Part shown: in pieces, positions 9,460-18,571 of the stretch
Layout of the letters: every line of letters begins with the position of its first letter
Numbering within the stretch: the stretch's first letter is position 1
Assembly: GCA_035547835.1 (NCBI GenBank)
Contig: DASZTW010000007.1
Location: 198,955-262,954 of the forward strand
Direction of reading: 5' to 3'
DNA length: 64,000 nt
Origin: Acidimicrobiales bacterium
GTDB taxonomy: Bacteria; Actinomycetota; Acidimicrobiia; Acidimicrobiales; Iamiaceae
The notes under the pieces: generated by a model
The model's database searches: none
What the model was told of the DNA's origin: nothing
Seen by the model: only the letters and a program-made list of their open reading frames with translations
Made by a program: the position numbers and the translations under genes

Positions 9460-11049
9460 TCAGGCTCCCGCAGCTGGCGCAGCGGCGTCAGGCCAGAAAC
9501 GGTCGCGGACGAGGCGCTTGTAGAGCTTCCCCGTGGGGTGGCGCGGCAGCTCGGGGTCGAAGTCGATCGTGCGAGGACACTTGTAGTGCGCGAGGTGCTC
9601 GCGGCAGTACGCGATCAACTCGTCGGCGAGGTCCTGGTTGGCGTCCACACCCGGGGCGACTTGGACCACCGCTTTGACTTCTTCGCCCATCTCCTCGTTG
9701 GGCACCCCGATCACCGCGACGTCGTCGACCTTGGGGTGCAGCGCGAGGAGGTTCTCGGCCTCCTGGGGGTAGATGTTCACGCCGCCCGAGATGATCATGT
9801 GGGCCTTGCGGTCGGTGAGGTAGAGGAAGCCGTCAGCGTCGAGGTAGCCGATGTCGCCGAGCGTCGACCACTCGGGGTGGCTCGGGTTACGGGACTCGGC
9901 GGTCTTGGCGTCGTCGTTGTGGTATCGGAACTCGCCGCCGCCGAAGTAGATCGTGCCGGCCTCGCCCGCCGCGACCTCCTCACCGTCGGGGCCGCAGATG
10001 TGGATCTGTCCCTGGAGGGCGGTGCCGACGGTGCCGGGGTGTGCGAGCCACTGCTCGCTGTTGCAATAGACGAACCCGTTGCCCTCGGTGCCGGCGTAGT
10101 ACTCGTGGATGATCGGACCCCACCACTCGATCATCGCCTGCTTGGCCTCGACCGGGCAGGGTGCTGCGGCGTGCACCACGTGGGTCAGGCTCGACACCTC
10201 GTAGCGGCTGCGCACCTCCTCGGGCAGCTTGAGGAGGCGGATGAACATGGTGGGCACCACCTGCGTCTGCGTGACCTTGTAGCGGTCGATCAGCGCGAGG
10301 TACTGCTCGGGGTCGAATCGGGTCATCACGATCACGGTGCCGCCGGCGCGCTGGGCCGACATGCAGAACCGCAGCGGTGCGGCGTGGTACAGCGGCGCGG
10401 GCGACAGGTAGATGGACCCTGGTTGGAAGCCGAACAGCATGCTGGTCAACAGGACCAGCGCGTTCGGCGAGCCCATCTCGCCCGCCGGCAACGGCAGGTC
10501 AACGCCTTTGGGACGGCCGGTGGTGCCCGAGCTGTACAGCATGTCGACGCCTTCGACGTAGTGGTCGAGGTCGCTGCTGTCGAGGCCGTCGACCGAGTCC
10601 TCGTAGGAGTCGTAGCCGGCGATGATGCCGTCGAGCATGAGGCGGGGGAGCTCACCGGTCAGCGGCACCAGCTCGGCCGCCTGGTGGGCCAGGTAGCGGC
10701 TGGTCACGTACGCGCGGGCACCGCAGTCACCGATGATGTACGCGGCCTCTTCGGCCGTCAGCCGGGAGCTGATCGCCGTGAAGACGAGGCCGGCGTAGTC
10801 ACATCCCCAGGCCACCTCGAGGTAGCGCGGATGGTTCTCCATGCAGAACGCGACGTGGTCACCAGGCTGGAGGCCCTGCCCTTGGAGCCACCGGGCGAGG
10901 CGGTTGGCGCCGGCGTGGAGCTCGGCGTACGTCGTGATGTCGCCCGTGTCCGCCATGATCTGCGCGGGGGCGTCGGGTTGTGCCGCCGCTCGCGCGCCGG
11001 GCCACCAGGGGTGCTCGTCGGCGGCCGGGTTCGTCTCATCGGGAGCCAT
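9460..11049 (-). CDS. Acyl-CoA synthetase (AMP-forming, ANL superfamily)
   Basis: Trimmed to MAPDETNP. AMP-binding motif YSSGTTGRPKG, plus YYAGTEG, GDIGYLDADGF and a C-terminal TGKLYKR. Confidence 0.85.
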   Translation of the reverse strand: MAPDETNPAADEHPWWPGARAAAQPDAPAQIMADTGDITTYAELHAGANRLARWLQGQGLQPGDHVAFCMENHPRYLEVAWGCDYAGLVFTAISSRLTAEEAAYIIGDCGARAYVTSRYLAHQAAELVPLTGELPRLMLDGIIAGYDSYEDSVDGLDSSDLDHYVEGVDMLYSSGTTGRPKGVDLPLPAGEMGSPNALVLLTSMLFGFQPGSIYLSPAPLYHAAPLRFCMSAQRAGGTVIVMTRFDPEQYLALIDRYKVTQTQVVPTMFIRLLKLPEEVRSRYEVSSLTHVVHAAAPCPVEAKQAMIEWWGPIIHEYYAGTEGNGFVYCNSEQWLAHPGTVGTALQGQIHICGPDGEEVAAGEAGTIYFGGGEFRYHNDDAKTAESRNPSHPEWSTLGDIGYLDADGFLYLTDRKAHMIISGGVNIYPQEAENLLALHPKVDDVAVIGVPNEEMGEEVKAVVQVAPGVDANQDLADELIAYCREHLAHYKCPRTIDFDPELPRHPTGKLYKRLVRDRFWPDAAAPAAGA

Positions 11050-11143
11050 GGCGCGGGACCCTAGTCGTCGGCCCCTTGCCGTCGACCCGGCCGCGCGGGG
11101 ACGAGCGCCCGACCAGCCGGACGGGGCCGGTAGAGTTCTCGGC

Positions 11144-11923
11144 GTGTCGTATGACGCGTTCGTCGACTTGGTGAACCGACCAGCCGACGACCTCCGACTC
11201 GATCGGATCTGTCTCGCGCTGTCTGCGTGCTTCCAGCCGATCGTCGACGACGCGGGCGCGTTCGGGGTGCTCGACGAGGTGGCCGGCAACGTCACGGACC
11301 GATCACCAGACGGCGTGTGCCGGGCCGTGTTCGACCACGGTGGCTTCGGGGGCGACGCCGACGATTACTACGCGCCGGAGAACTCGCTGCTCGACCGCGT
11401 GCTCGAACGGCGCCTCGGGATGCCGATCACGTTGGCGGTCGTGGTCATCGAAGTCGGCCGTCGCGTCGACGTGCCGTTCGACGGTGTCGGGATGCCAGGC
11501 CACTTCGTCCTGCTCGACGTCACCGGACAGGTGCGTGACCCGTTCGCAGGTGGCGCGGTGCGGTCGAACGAGGAGTGCGCCGCGATCGTCCAGCGGCTGC
11601 ACGGCGGGCGGCGGGTGGCGTTCGACGAGCGCTGGCTCCGGCCGGTCGCTCCCCGCGTGATCGTCGCGAGGATCCTCGCCAACCTCGAGCGGAGCTTCCA
11701 GCTGCGCGGTGAGCGCCAGCAGGCGCTGACCGCGATGGAACTGCGCGCGCAAGTTCCCCAGGTGCTCGACCCGCGGGGTCGCCGGCGCCTGGCCGACGCG
11801 CTCGGCGAGGGGGGCCGTTTCGGGTCGGCGGCGGCGTTGTACGAGGCGCTCGCCGATGCCCACCCTGACGCCGCGGCGGACTTGCGCCGTCAGGCCACGC
11901 AGCTGCGGGCCCGGTTGAACTGA
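11144..11923 (+). CDS. SirB1-like (transglutaminase-like/TPR, UPF0162) protein
   Basis: YYAPENSLLDRVLERRLGMPITLAVVVIEVGRRVDVPFDGVGMPGHFVL matches the SirB1 N-terminal core, with a helical-repeat C-terminus. The start is uncertain. GTG 11144 was chosen; ATG 11048 would abut the divergent gene start. Confidence 0.6.
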   Translation: MSYDAFVDLVNRPADDLRLDRICLALSACFQPIVDDAGAFGVLDEVAGNVTDRSPDGVCRAVFDHGGFGGDADDYYAPENSLLDRVLERRLGMPITLAVVVIEVGRRVDVPFDGVGMPGHFVLLDVTGQVRDPFAGGAVRSNEECAAIVQRLHGGRRVAFDERWLRPVAPRVIVARILANLERSFQLRGERQQALTAMELRAQVPQVLDPRGRRRLADALGEGGRFGSAAALYEALADAHPDAAADLRRQATQLRARLN

Positions 11924-12008
11924 CCTGGCGGCCGGCCACTTTCGACTTCCGGACTTGACCGGGGGGTCAAGTATGCTGCCGGCGCCCACCAGCGCACGCG
12001 AGGTAGCC

Positions 12009-13220
12009 ATGACCGTTGTCGAAGACAGCCCTGCGTCGACGGACGTCGACGAGCAGCGGGTGCACGCCCTGATCGATCAGCTGCTCGAGCAGCACCCGCC
12101 GCGGGAGACCGATCGGGTCACGTTCCTCGGCGCGCAGTTCGACCTCGGCCTGGCGTGGGTCCACTTCGACGAAGGCGACGGCGGCCTCGGGATCGAGCCC
12201 CGCCACCAGAAGGTCGTCCTCGACCGGTTGGGCCGCGCCGGCGCACCGCACCCGGGCACGTCGAACCCGATCGGCTACGGCATGGGGGCGCCCACCATCG
12301 CCGCGTGTGCCACACCCGACCAGCGCAAGCAGTGGCTGCGTCCGCTGTTCACCGGCGAAGAGGTGTGGTGCCAACTCTTCTCCGAGCCCGGTGCCGGCAG
12401 CGACGTGGCGAGCCTGGCCACCCGGGCCGTCCGCGACGGCGACGAGTGGGTGGTCAACGGGCAGAAGGTCTGGACCACCATGGCGCACTTGGCCCGGTGG
12501 GGGATGCTCGTGGCCCGCACCGACCCGGATCAGCCAAAGCACAAGGGCCTGACGTACTTCGTCATCGACTTCGACCAGCCGGGCGTCGAGGTCCGGCCGC
12601 TGCGCCAGATGACCGGTGAAGCCGAGTTCAACGAGGTGTACTTCACCGATGCCCGCACGCCCGACACGTACCGCCTCGGCGAGGTGGGCGAGGGTTGGCG
12701 CGTGGCGATCACCACCTTGATGAACGAGCGGGTGTCCATCGGCGGCACCGTCCCGCCCCGTGGGTCAGGGGTGATCGCCAAGGCCGTCCAAGCTTGGCGC
12801 GACGGCGGCCACGACGACCCTGCCCGGCGCGACCGGCTCATGTCGCTGTGGATCCGCGCCGAGATCCTGCGCCTCACCAACTTGCGGGCCGCGCAAGGGC
12901 GGCGCCGCGGGACGCCCGGCCCAGAAGGGTCGATCGGCAAGGCCGCGATGGCCGACTTGAACAAGGAGATCCTCGAGCTCGCCGTCGACCTGCTCGGCGC
13001 CGACGGGATGCTCTACGACAGCTACGCGATGAAACAGCCCGACATCGCCATGGACTTCAGTGCGCCCACCCAGAAGGTGTTCCTGCGGGCTCGTGCCAAC
13101 TCGATCGAGGGTGGCACCACCGAGGTGATGAAGAACATCCTCGGTGAGCGGGTGCTCGGTCTGCCCGGCGACGTGCGGACCGACAAGGACGTGCCCTGGA
13201 AGGACGTGCCGCGGAACTGA
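12009..13220 (+). CDS. Acyl-CoA dehydrogenase
   Basis: Trimmed to MTVVEDSP, preceded by GAGGTA. Contains CQLFSEPGAGSD, NGQKVWTT and IEGGTTEVMKNILGE (the catalytic Glu region). Confidence 0.85.
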   Translation: MTVVEDSPASTDVDEQRVHALIDQLLEQHPPRETDRVTFLGAQFDLGLAWVHFDEGDGGLGIEPRHQKVVLDRLGRAGAPHPGTSNPIGYGMGAPTIAACATPDQRKQWLRPLFTGEEVWCQLFSEPGAGSDVASLATRAVRDGDEWVVNGQKVWTTMAHLARWGMLVARTDPDQPKHKGLTYFVIDFDQPGVEVRPLRQMTGEAEFNEVYFTDARTPDTYRLGEVGEGWRVAITTLMNERVSIGGTVPPRGSGVIAKAVQAWRDGGHDDPARRDRLMSLWIRAEILRLTNLRAAQGRRRGTPGPEGSIGKAAMADLNKEILELAVDLLGADGMLYDSYAMKQPDIAMDFSAPTQKVFLRARANSIEGGTTEVMKNILGERVLGLPGDVRTDKDVPWKDVPRN

Positions 13221-13243
13221 GGCCCGCCGATGCCGCGACACGA

Positions 13244-14098
13244 TTGCCCAGTGCCGCACCGACTCGAGTGACCCACGAGGCGACCGCCGGCGGCGGCCCC
13301 GACAGCCTCTACGTCGTGGAGCAGGTCCCAACCCGGCCAAGTGCCCCTCGGGTCGTGCTGGTGCACGGCACGATGGACCGCTCCACCAGTTTCGCCAAGG
13401 TGGCCCGGCGGCTCGATGACCTCGACGTCGTCCGTTACGACCGTCGCGGGTACGGCCGGTCGCGCGAGGCGGGGGTGGGCGGCCTCGCGACCCAGATCGA
13501 CGATCTCCTCGCGGTGATCGGTGACCGGCCCGCCGTGCTCGCCGGCCACAGCTTCGGCGGCACCTTGTCGCTGGCTGCGGCACTGCTGCGCCCAGACCTG
13601 GTGCCATCAGTCTTTGTGTACGAAGCGCCGGTCCCGCGCGCGTGGCGGGCCGGGGAGGACCAGACCACCGAGGCTCCCCTCGACGACCCGAGCCCGCTCG
13701 CGCTCGATCGGGGCATCCCCCTCGATCCCGCGGGTCAGGCCGAGCGCTTCATGCGGCGCATGATCGGCGACCGCCGATGGGAGCGGTTGCCGACCCGGAC
13801 CAGGGCAGATCGGCGCGCCGAGGGCCCTGCGCTGCTGGCCGACGGCCGATCGATGCGCACGCCCGATGTCGTGGTCGACCTGGCAGACGTGGCCGTGCCC
13901 GTCGTGGTGGCATGGGGCAGCGCGACATCGGCGCGCCACCTCGCTGGCGCGCAGCGCCTGCTCGCCACGCTGGCGGACGCCGAGCCGGCCGTGATCGAAG
14001 GTGCCGACCACGGCGCCCACCTGACCCACCCCGGGCCCTTCGCCGACCTCGTTCGACGGGCGGTGGGGCGAGCGGGGGGCCGCGCGGCGGGACGGTAA
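13244..14098 (+). CDS. Alpha/beta-fold hydrolase
   Basis: VVLVHG oxyanion region, nucleophile elbow GHSFGG and a C-terminal ADHGAHL (His). Confidence 0.7.
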   Translation: MPSAAPTRVTHEATAGGGPDSLYVVEQVPTRPSAPRVVLVHGTMDRSTSFAKVARRLDDLDVVRYDRRGYGRSREAGVGGLATQIDDLLAVIGDRPAVLAGHSFGGTLSLAAALLRPDLVPSVFVYEAPVPRAWRAGEDQTTEAPLDDPSPLALDRGIPLDPAGQAERFMRRMIGDRRWERLPTRTRADRRAEGPALLADGRSMRTPDVVVDLADVAVPVVVAWGSATSARHLAGAQRLLATLADAEPAVIEGADHGAHLTHPGPFADLVRRAVGRAGGRAAGR

Positions 14099-14137
14099 CC
14101 TCACCCCCGGTCCGATCCGCCCAGCGAGGTCCACCGC

Positions 14138-15187
14138 GTGCTCGAACCGATCCGCCGCCGGTGGCGGCGACCAGACAAGACCGCGTTCGTGCTGTCCGGC
14201 GGCGGCAACCGTGGCGCGCTCCAGATCGGCATGTTGCGCGCGTTGCTCGAGCACCGCATCAAACCCGATCTCGTCGTGGGCTGCTCCGTGGGAGCGCTCA
14301 ACGGCGCGGCCGTGGCGGCAGACCCGAGCCTCGGCATGGTCGGTCGCTTGCAGGACCTGTGGCTCAGCCTCGACGACGACGACATCTTCCCGGCCGGCCT
14401 GCTCCCGAGCACCGTGCAGCTGGCACTTCGCGGCGAGGCGATCCACGACAACGACGGCCTTCGCCGGGTGATCGAGTCGATCTTGCCGGTGATGACCTTC
14501 GAGGCGCTCCAAGTCCCCTTCGAGTGCGTGGCCACCGACATCGACGCGGCCGCCGAGCACTGGTTCTCCTCGGGCTCGCTGGTCGAGCCGTTGCTGGCAT
14601 CCGCGGCCATCCCCGCGGTCTTGCCGGCGGTCACCATCGACGGCGTGCGCTACCTCGACGGCGGCATCGTCAACGATGTGCCCGTCGTCCGCGCGGTCGA
14701 GCTGGGCGCGACGCACGTCTACGTGCTGCATGTGGGCTCGTTCGGCCGGCCCCGCCCCGAGCCGCGCCGCCCGCTCGACGTGGCGGTGCAGGCCTACTGG
14801 ATCGCGCGGCGCAACCGCTTCCGGCGGGACCTGGCCGCCATCTCGGGGCAAGTGAAGGTGACCGTGCTGCCGACCGGTGAGACCCCGAACCTCTCCTACC
14901 GCGATCTCACCCACACGGCGGAGCTGATCAGCGTGGCCTACCTGGCGGCCAACGATTACCTCGAAGGCCGCGCGGCGCCGCCGCTCCCGGTGACGTCAAC
15001 GCCCGAGCCCGCCAGCCGCCTGAAGTTCCTGCTCGACCGCGTGCGTGAGATCGCCGGTGAGGAGGAGCATCCCGCGCCAGCTGACCTCGCGGGTGAGGAC
15101 GCCGGCGAGACGGCGGACCGTGCCGGCGCGGTCGTGCAACCGGCCGCGCCGGCGTCGCCGGGGGAGTCTGGCGGGCCACTCAGCTGA
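14138..15187 (+). CDS. Patatin-like phospholipase
   Basis: SGGGNRGA oxyanion motif, GCSVGA (GxSxG) and YLDGGIVND (catalytic Asp). Confidence 0.85.
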   Translation: MLEPIRRRWRRPDKTAFVLSGGGNRGALQIGMLRALLEHRIKPDLVVGCSVGALNGAAVAADPSLGMVGRLQDLWLSLDDDDIFPAGLLPSTVQLALRGEAIHDNDGLRRVIESILPVMTFEALQVPFECVATDIDAAAEHWFSSGSLVEPLLASAAIPAVLPAVTIDGVRYLDGGIVNDVPVVRAVELGATHVYVLHVGSFGRPRPEPRRPLDVAVQAYWIARRNRFRRDLAAISGQVKVTVLPTGETPNLSYRDLTHTAELISVAYLAANDYLEGRAAPPLPVTSTPEPASRLKFLLDRVREIAGEEEHPAPADLAGEDAGETADRAGAVVQPAAPASPGESGGPLS

Positions 15188-15253
15188 GCCGGCGACAGGC
15201 GGGCCCGCTCGCGGGGGTCCGGCTGGCCGCGGCGTGCTCGGTAGGGTGCGGCC

Positions 15254-15718
15254 ATGGCCGACCAATCGATCACGTTCACGCCGTCGGGGCCGCCCGAGAC
15301 GGTCCTCGACGCCGAGCCCGCGGCCGCCCGTGACGCCCTGCGTTCCGCCATCGAGTCGCCGGAGGGGGAACGTCGCGCGGCGGTTGCGGCGGTCGTCGCG
15401 CAGTGGCCGCGCTACCTCGATGGCTGGGCACGCCTCGGCCGGCAAGGTCGTGACGAGATCGAGCGCTACGCCGCCTATCGCGTGGGGTACCACCGAGGCC
15501 TCGACCGCTGCCGTGCCGCCGGGTGGCGCGGGTCGGGCTACGTCCGCTGGAGCCATCCCGAGAATCGCGGGTTCCTGCGCTGCCTCGCCGGCCTGGCCGA
15601 CGCAGCGGGCGCGATCGGCGAGACCGACGAGCAGGATCGTTGTGCGCAGTTCCTGCGCCAGCTCGATCCGGCCTGGCCACCGGCCGACTTCCACGACGAG
15701 GTGACGGCGGATGTCTGA
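15254..15718 (+). CDS. Conserved actinobacterial protein (DUF3151-like)
   Basis: WARLG...YAAYRVGYHRGLDRCRAAGWRGSGYVRWSHPENRGFLRCL...IGE...RCAQFL resembles my recollection of the DUF3151 family. It overlaps the next start by 8 nt. Confidence 0.55.
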   Translation: MADQSITFTPSGPPETVLDAEPAAARDALRSAIESPEGERRAAVAAVVAQWPRYLDGWARLGRQGRDEIERYAAYRVGYHRGLDRCRAAGWRGSGYVRWSHPENRGFLRCLAGLADAAGAIGETDEQDRCAQFLRQLDPAWPPADFHDEVTADV

Positions 15719-16976
15719 GGATCTGACCCTCCCCTCGCAGGGCACCCCCGCGGCCGCGCTGGTCGCTGAGCTGGCCGACCTCCGCGCCGACGACCTCGAC
15801 TGGCGGGGCGGGCGGGCGTTCTCGCTCGTCTACAACAGCGGCGACGAGGAGCACGAAGAGCTCCTCGAGGCCGTCGGCCACTCGTACCAGCACGACAACG
15901 CCCTCAACCCGTTCGCGTACCCGAGCCTGTTGCGCATGGAAGTCGAGTTGATCGCCATGGCCGCCGACCTGCTCGGCGCCCCCGCCGACGCCGGTGCGCT
16001 CACCGCGGGTGGCACGCAGAGCATCTTTTGCGCCGTGCAAGTGGCCCGGGACCAGGCGCGCGAGGAGCGCGGCATCGCGGAGCCGGTGCTGGTGACGCCC
16101 GAGACGGCGCACCCCGCGTTCGCCAAGGCCGCCCACTACCTCGACATCGAGCAGCGGTTCGCGCCGGTCGGCGCAGACGGGCGGGTCGACCTTGGGGCGC
16201 TCGAGGGGGTGATCGACGACCGCACGGGGCTCGTCGTGGCGTCGGCGCCGTGCTACCCGCACGGCGTGATCGACGACGTCGCGGGCGTGGCAGCGCTGGC
16301 CGCGGCCAAGGGGTCGTTGTGCCACGTCGACGCCTGCCTTGGCGGCTGGCTGCTGCCCTTCTGGGCGCGCGCCGGCGCCGACGTCCCACCCTGGGACTTG
16401 CGGGTGCCGGGGGTGACCTCGCTGTCTGCTGACCTGCACAAGTACGGGTACAGCTTCAAGGGGGCGTCGGTCATCCTGTACCGCGACCCCGGCCTGCTCC
16501 GCTTCCAGCACTTCTGGTACGACCGCTGGCCGGGCGGGACGTACGCGTCGTCGGGCCCCGCCGGCACCCGCCCTGCGCCGCCCATCGCAGCGGCGTGGTT
16601 TGCGGTCCGCCACCTCGGTGTCGAGGGCTACGTGGCCAAGGCGCGGGTGCTGCGCGATGCCACCGCCGCGTTCCGCGCCGCGGTGGAGGCCGTGCCGGGT
16701 CTGCGGATCACGCACGAGCCAGACCTGTCGCTGTTCGAGTTCACCGACGACCTCGGCCGCCTCGACGCCATCGCAGCGGGCATGTATGGGCGGGGTTGGC
16801 GCATGGATCGCCAGCAGGGCGGCCTCCACGTGATGTTGTCGCCGTACCACGCCGAGGTGGCCGAGCAGTTCGCCGCCGACCTCGCGGCGTGCGCGGCCGC
16901 CGCGGGCGGTGGCGCCAGTGGCCCCGCCGACGGCGCCGGACCGGAGAGCACGTACGGCGGAATCGCCGGCCGGTGA
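15711..16976 (+). CDS. Sphingosine-1-phosphate-lyase-like PLP-dependent enzyme (group II decarboxylase fold)
   Basis: SLSADLHKYGYSFKGASVILYRD...WPGGTYASSGPAGTRP closely parallels the SPL PLP-lysine region as I recall it (SADTHKYGFAPKGSSVLLY...WQGGIYASPTIAGSRP). Confidence 0.75.
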   Translation: MSEDLTLPSQGTPAAALVAELADLRADDLDWRGGRAFSLVYNSGDEEHEELLEAVGHSYQHDNALNPFAYPSLLRMEVELIAMAADLLGAPADAGALTAGGTQSIFCAVQVARDQAREERGIAEPVLVTPETAHPAFAKAAHYLDIEQRFAPVGADGRVDLGALEGVIDDRTGLVVASAPCYPHGVIDDVAGVAALAAAKGSLCHVDACLGGWLLPFWARAGADVPPWDLRVPGVTSLSADLHKYGYSFKGASVILYRDPGLLRFQHFWYDRWPGGTYASSGPAGTRPAPPIAAAWFAVRHLGVEGYVAKARVLRDATAAFRAAVEAVPGLRITHEPDLSLFEFTDDLGRLDAIAAGMYGRGWRMDRQQGGLHVMLSPYHAEVAEQFAADLAACAAAAGGGASGPADGAGPESTYGGIAGR

Positions 16977-17015
16977 CCTCGTACGCAGCAGGTCGTCGGT
17001 GGGGTCGGGGGTATC

Positions 17016-17369
17016 GTGGCCTCGCCCACGACTACGGAGGTCTCCGTGCAGGTTCCCGAAATCGACGTTGCCGAGCTGGCTGCGCGCCGTGCGGAGGGTG
17101 CGCCGCTCATCGACGTGCGTGAGCCTGCCGAGTTCGCTGCTGGCCGGGTACCGGGTGCGGAGCTGATCCCGCTCGGAACCGTCCCTGATCGCCTCGACGA
17201 TGTGCCGGCCGACCAGACGGTCTATGTGATCTGCAAGGGCGGGGGTCGGAGCCGCCAAGCCGCCGAGTTCCTGCGCGCGCAGGGCGTCGACGCAGTGAAC
17301 GTCGCCGGCGGCACCATGGCATGGATCGACGCCGGACAACCCGTCGACCGCGGCGAAGCCAACGCTTGA
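17016..17369 (+). CDS. Rhodanese-domain sulfurtransferase (single domain)
   Basis: LIDVREPAEFAAGRVPGA and an active-site loop CKGGGRS. Confidence 0.8.
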   Translation: MASPTTTEVSVQVPEIDVAELAARRAEGAPLIDVREPAEFAAGRVPGAELIPLGTVPDRLDDVPADQTVYVICKGGGRSRQAAEFLRAQGVDAVNVAGGTMAWIDAGQPVDRGEANA

Positions 17370-18535
17370 CCGCCCGCGCGCCCGACGCAGCCTGGATCGA
17401 CACTCCGGAAGGCCTGGCTGAGGTCGTCGCGGCGGCCGCCGCCGCACCGGCGTACGCAGTCGACACCGAGTTCCATCGCGAGAAGACGTACTGGCCCCGC
17501 CTGGCACTCGTGCAGCTGAACTGGGGGGACGGCAACGTGTTGGTCGACCCGACCGCGGTCGACATCGCGCCGCTGGCCTCGCTGCTCGAAGGGCCCGGCA
17601 CGGCGGTCATGCACGCCGCGGCCCAGGACCTCGAAGTGCTGCACCTCGCGTGCGGCTCGATCCCTTCGTCGCTGTTCGACACGCAGATCGCGGCTGGCTT
17701 CGCGGGCATGTCGAGCCCGTCGCTGAGCAGCCTGGTCGAGCGGATGTTGGGCGTCCGCGTGCCGAAGGCCGATCGCCTCACCGATTGGCTCCACCGCCCC
17801 CTGGCCACGGACCAGTTGTCGTACGCGGCGTCCGACGTTGCCCATCTGCTCGACCTCGAAGCAGCGCTGCGCGCCGACCTCGAGCGCCGCGGGCGGCTCC
17901 AGTGGGCACTCGACGAGTGCGAACTGTTCCGCACGAAGCCCCTGCCGAGTCGCGACCCGGAAGCAGCGTGGCTCCGGGTCAAAGACGGCCGAACGCTGCG
18001 CGGCCGCGCGGCCGCAGTGGCGCAAGCTGTGGCTGCCTGGCGCGAAGAGCGAGCGGCCGAGGTCGACCAGCCGACACGGTTCGTCTTGTCCGACCTGGCG
18101 CTGCTGTCCATCGCCCAGCGGCCGCCCTCGTCGGTCGAGGGCCTCGGCAAGGTGCGTGGGCTGGACGGCCGGGCGGTGAAGGGGCGCCTCGGCCAAGAGC
18201 TGTTCTCGGCCATCGAGCGGGGGATGGAGGCGCCGGTGCCGCCGAGGCCCGAGGGTCGCAGTCCCAACGTCGATTCCCGGCTCCGCCCCGTCGTGTCGCT
18301 GCTCGCCGCGTGGGTGAGCCAAGTCGCGCACCAACTGGAGCTCGACACCGCGCTGGTGGCCACTCGCACCGACATCGAACTGCTGGTGTCCGGCGACCGC
18401 AGCTCGCGCCTGGCCAGCGGCTGGCGGGCGGAGTTGGTCGGTTCGGTCGTCGAACAGCTCGTCGACGGATCGGCAGCGCTCGCGTTCGATCACGGCAGCC
18501 TCGTGCTCGAGGCTCGCAGCCGTCGCCCGCTCTGA
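17366..18535 (+). CDS. rnd: Ribonuclease D (DEDD 3'-5' exonuclease + HRDC)
   Basis: AVDTEFHRE...LVQL, MHAAAQDLEVL and YAASDVAHLL are DEDDy motifs, with an HRDC-like region after them. The TTG start at 17366 overlaps the rhodanese stop. Confidence 0.75.
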   Translation: MTARAPDAAWIDTPEGLAEVVAAAAAAPAYAVDTEFHREKTYWPRLALVQLNWGDGNVLVDPTAVDIAPLASLLEGPGTAVMHAAAQDLEVLHLACGSIPSSLFDTQIAAGFAGMSSPSLSSLVERMLGVRVPKADRLTDWLHRPLATDQLSYAASDVAHLLDLEAALRADLERRGRLQWALDECELFRTKPLPSRDPEAAWLRVKDGRTLRGRAAAVAQAVAAWREERAAEVDQPTRFVLSDLALLSIAQRPPSSVEGLGKVRGLDGRAVKGRLGQELFSAIERGMEAPVPPRPEGRSPNVDSRLRPVVSLLAAWVSQVAHQLELDTALVATRTDIELLVSGDRSSRLASGWRAELVGSVVEQLVDGSAALAFDHGSLVLEARSRRPL

Positions 18536-18571
18536 CGCACCGCCGCGCCGCGAGCCCGCCTGGTCTGGGTG

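Noticed and set aside
11048-11050. Head-to-head ATG starts sharing CCATGG, at 11047-11050 (acyl-CoA synthetase/SirB1-like) and at 31592-31595 (EamA/MocR)
   Set aside because: Divergent genes with abutting start codons would leave no promoter space. Downstream in-frame GTGs (11144, 31641) give products of the expected length. The start choice remains uncertain.
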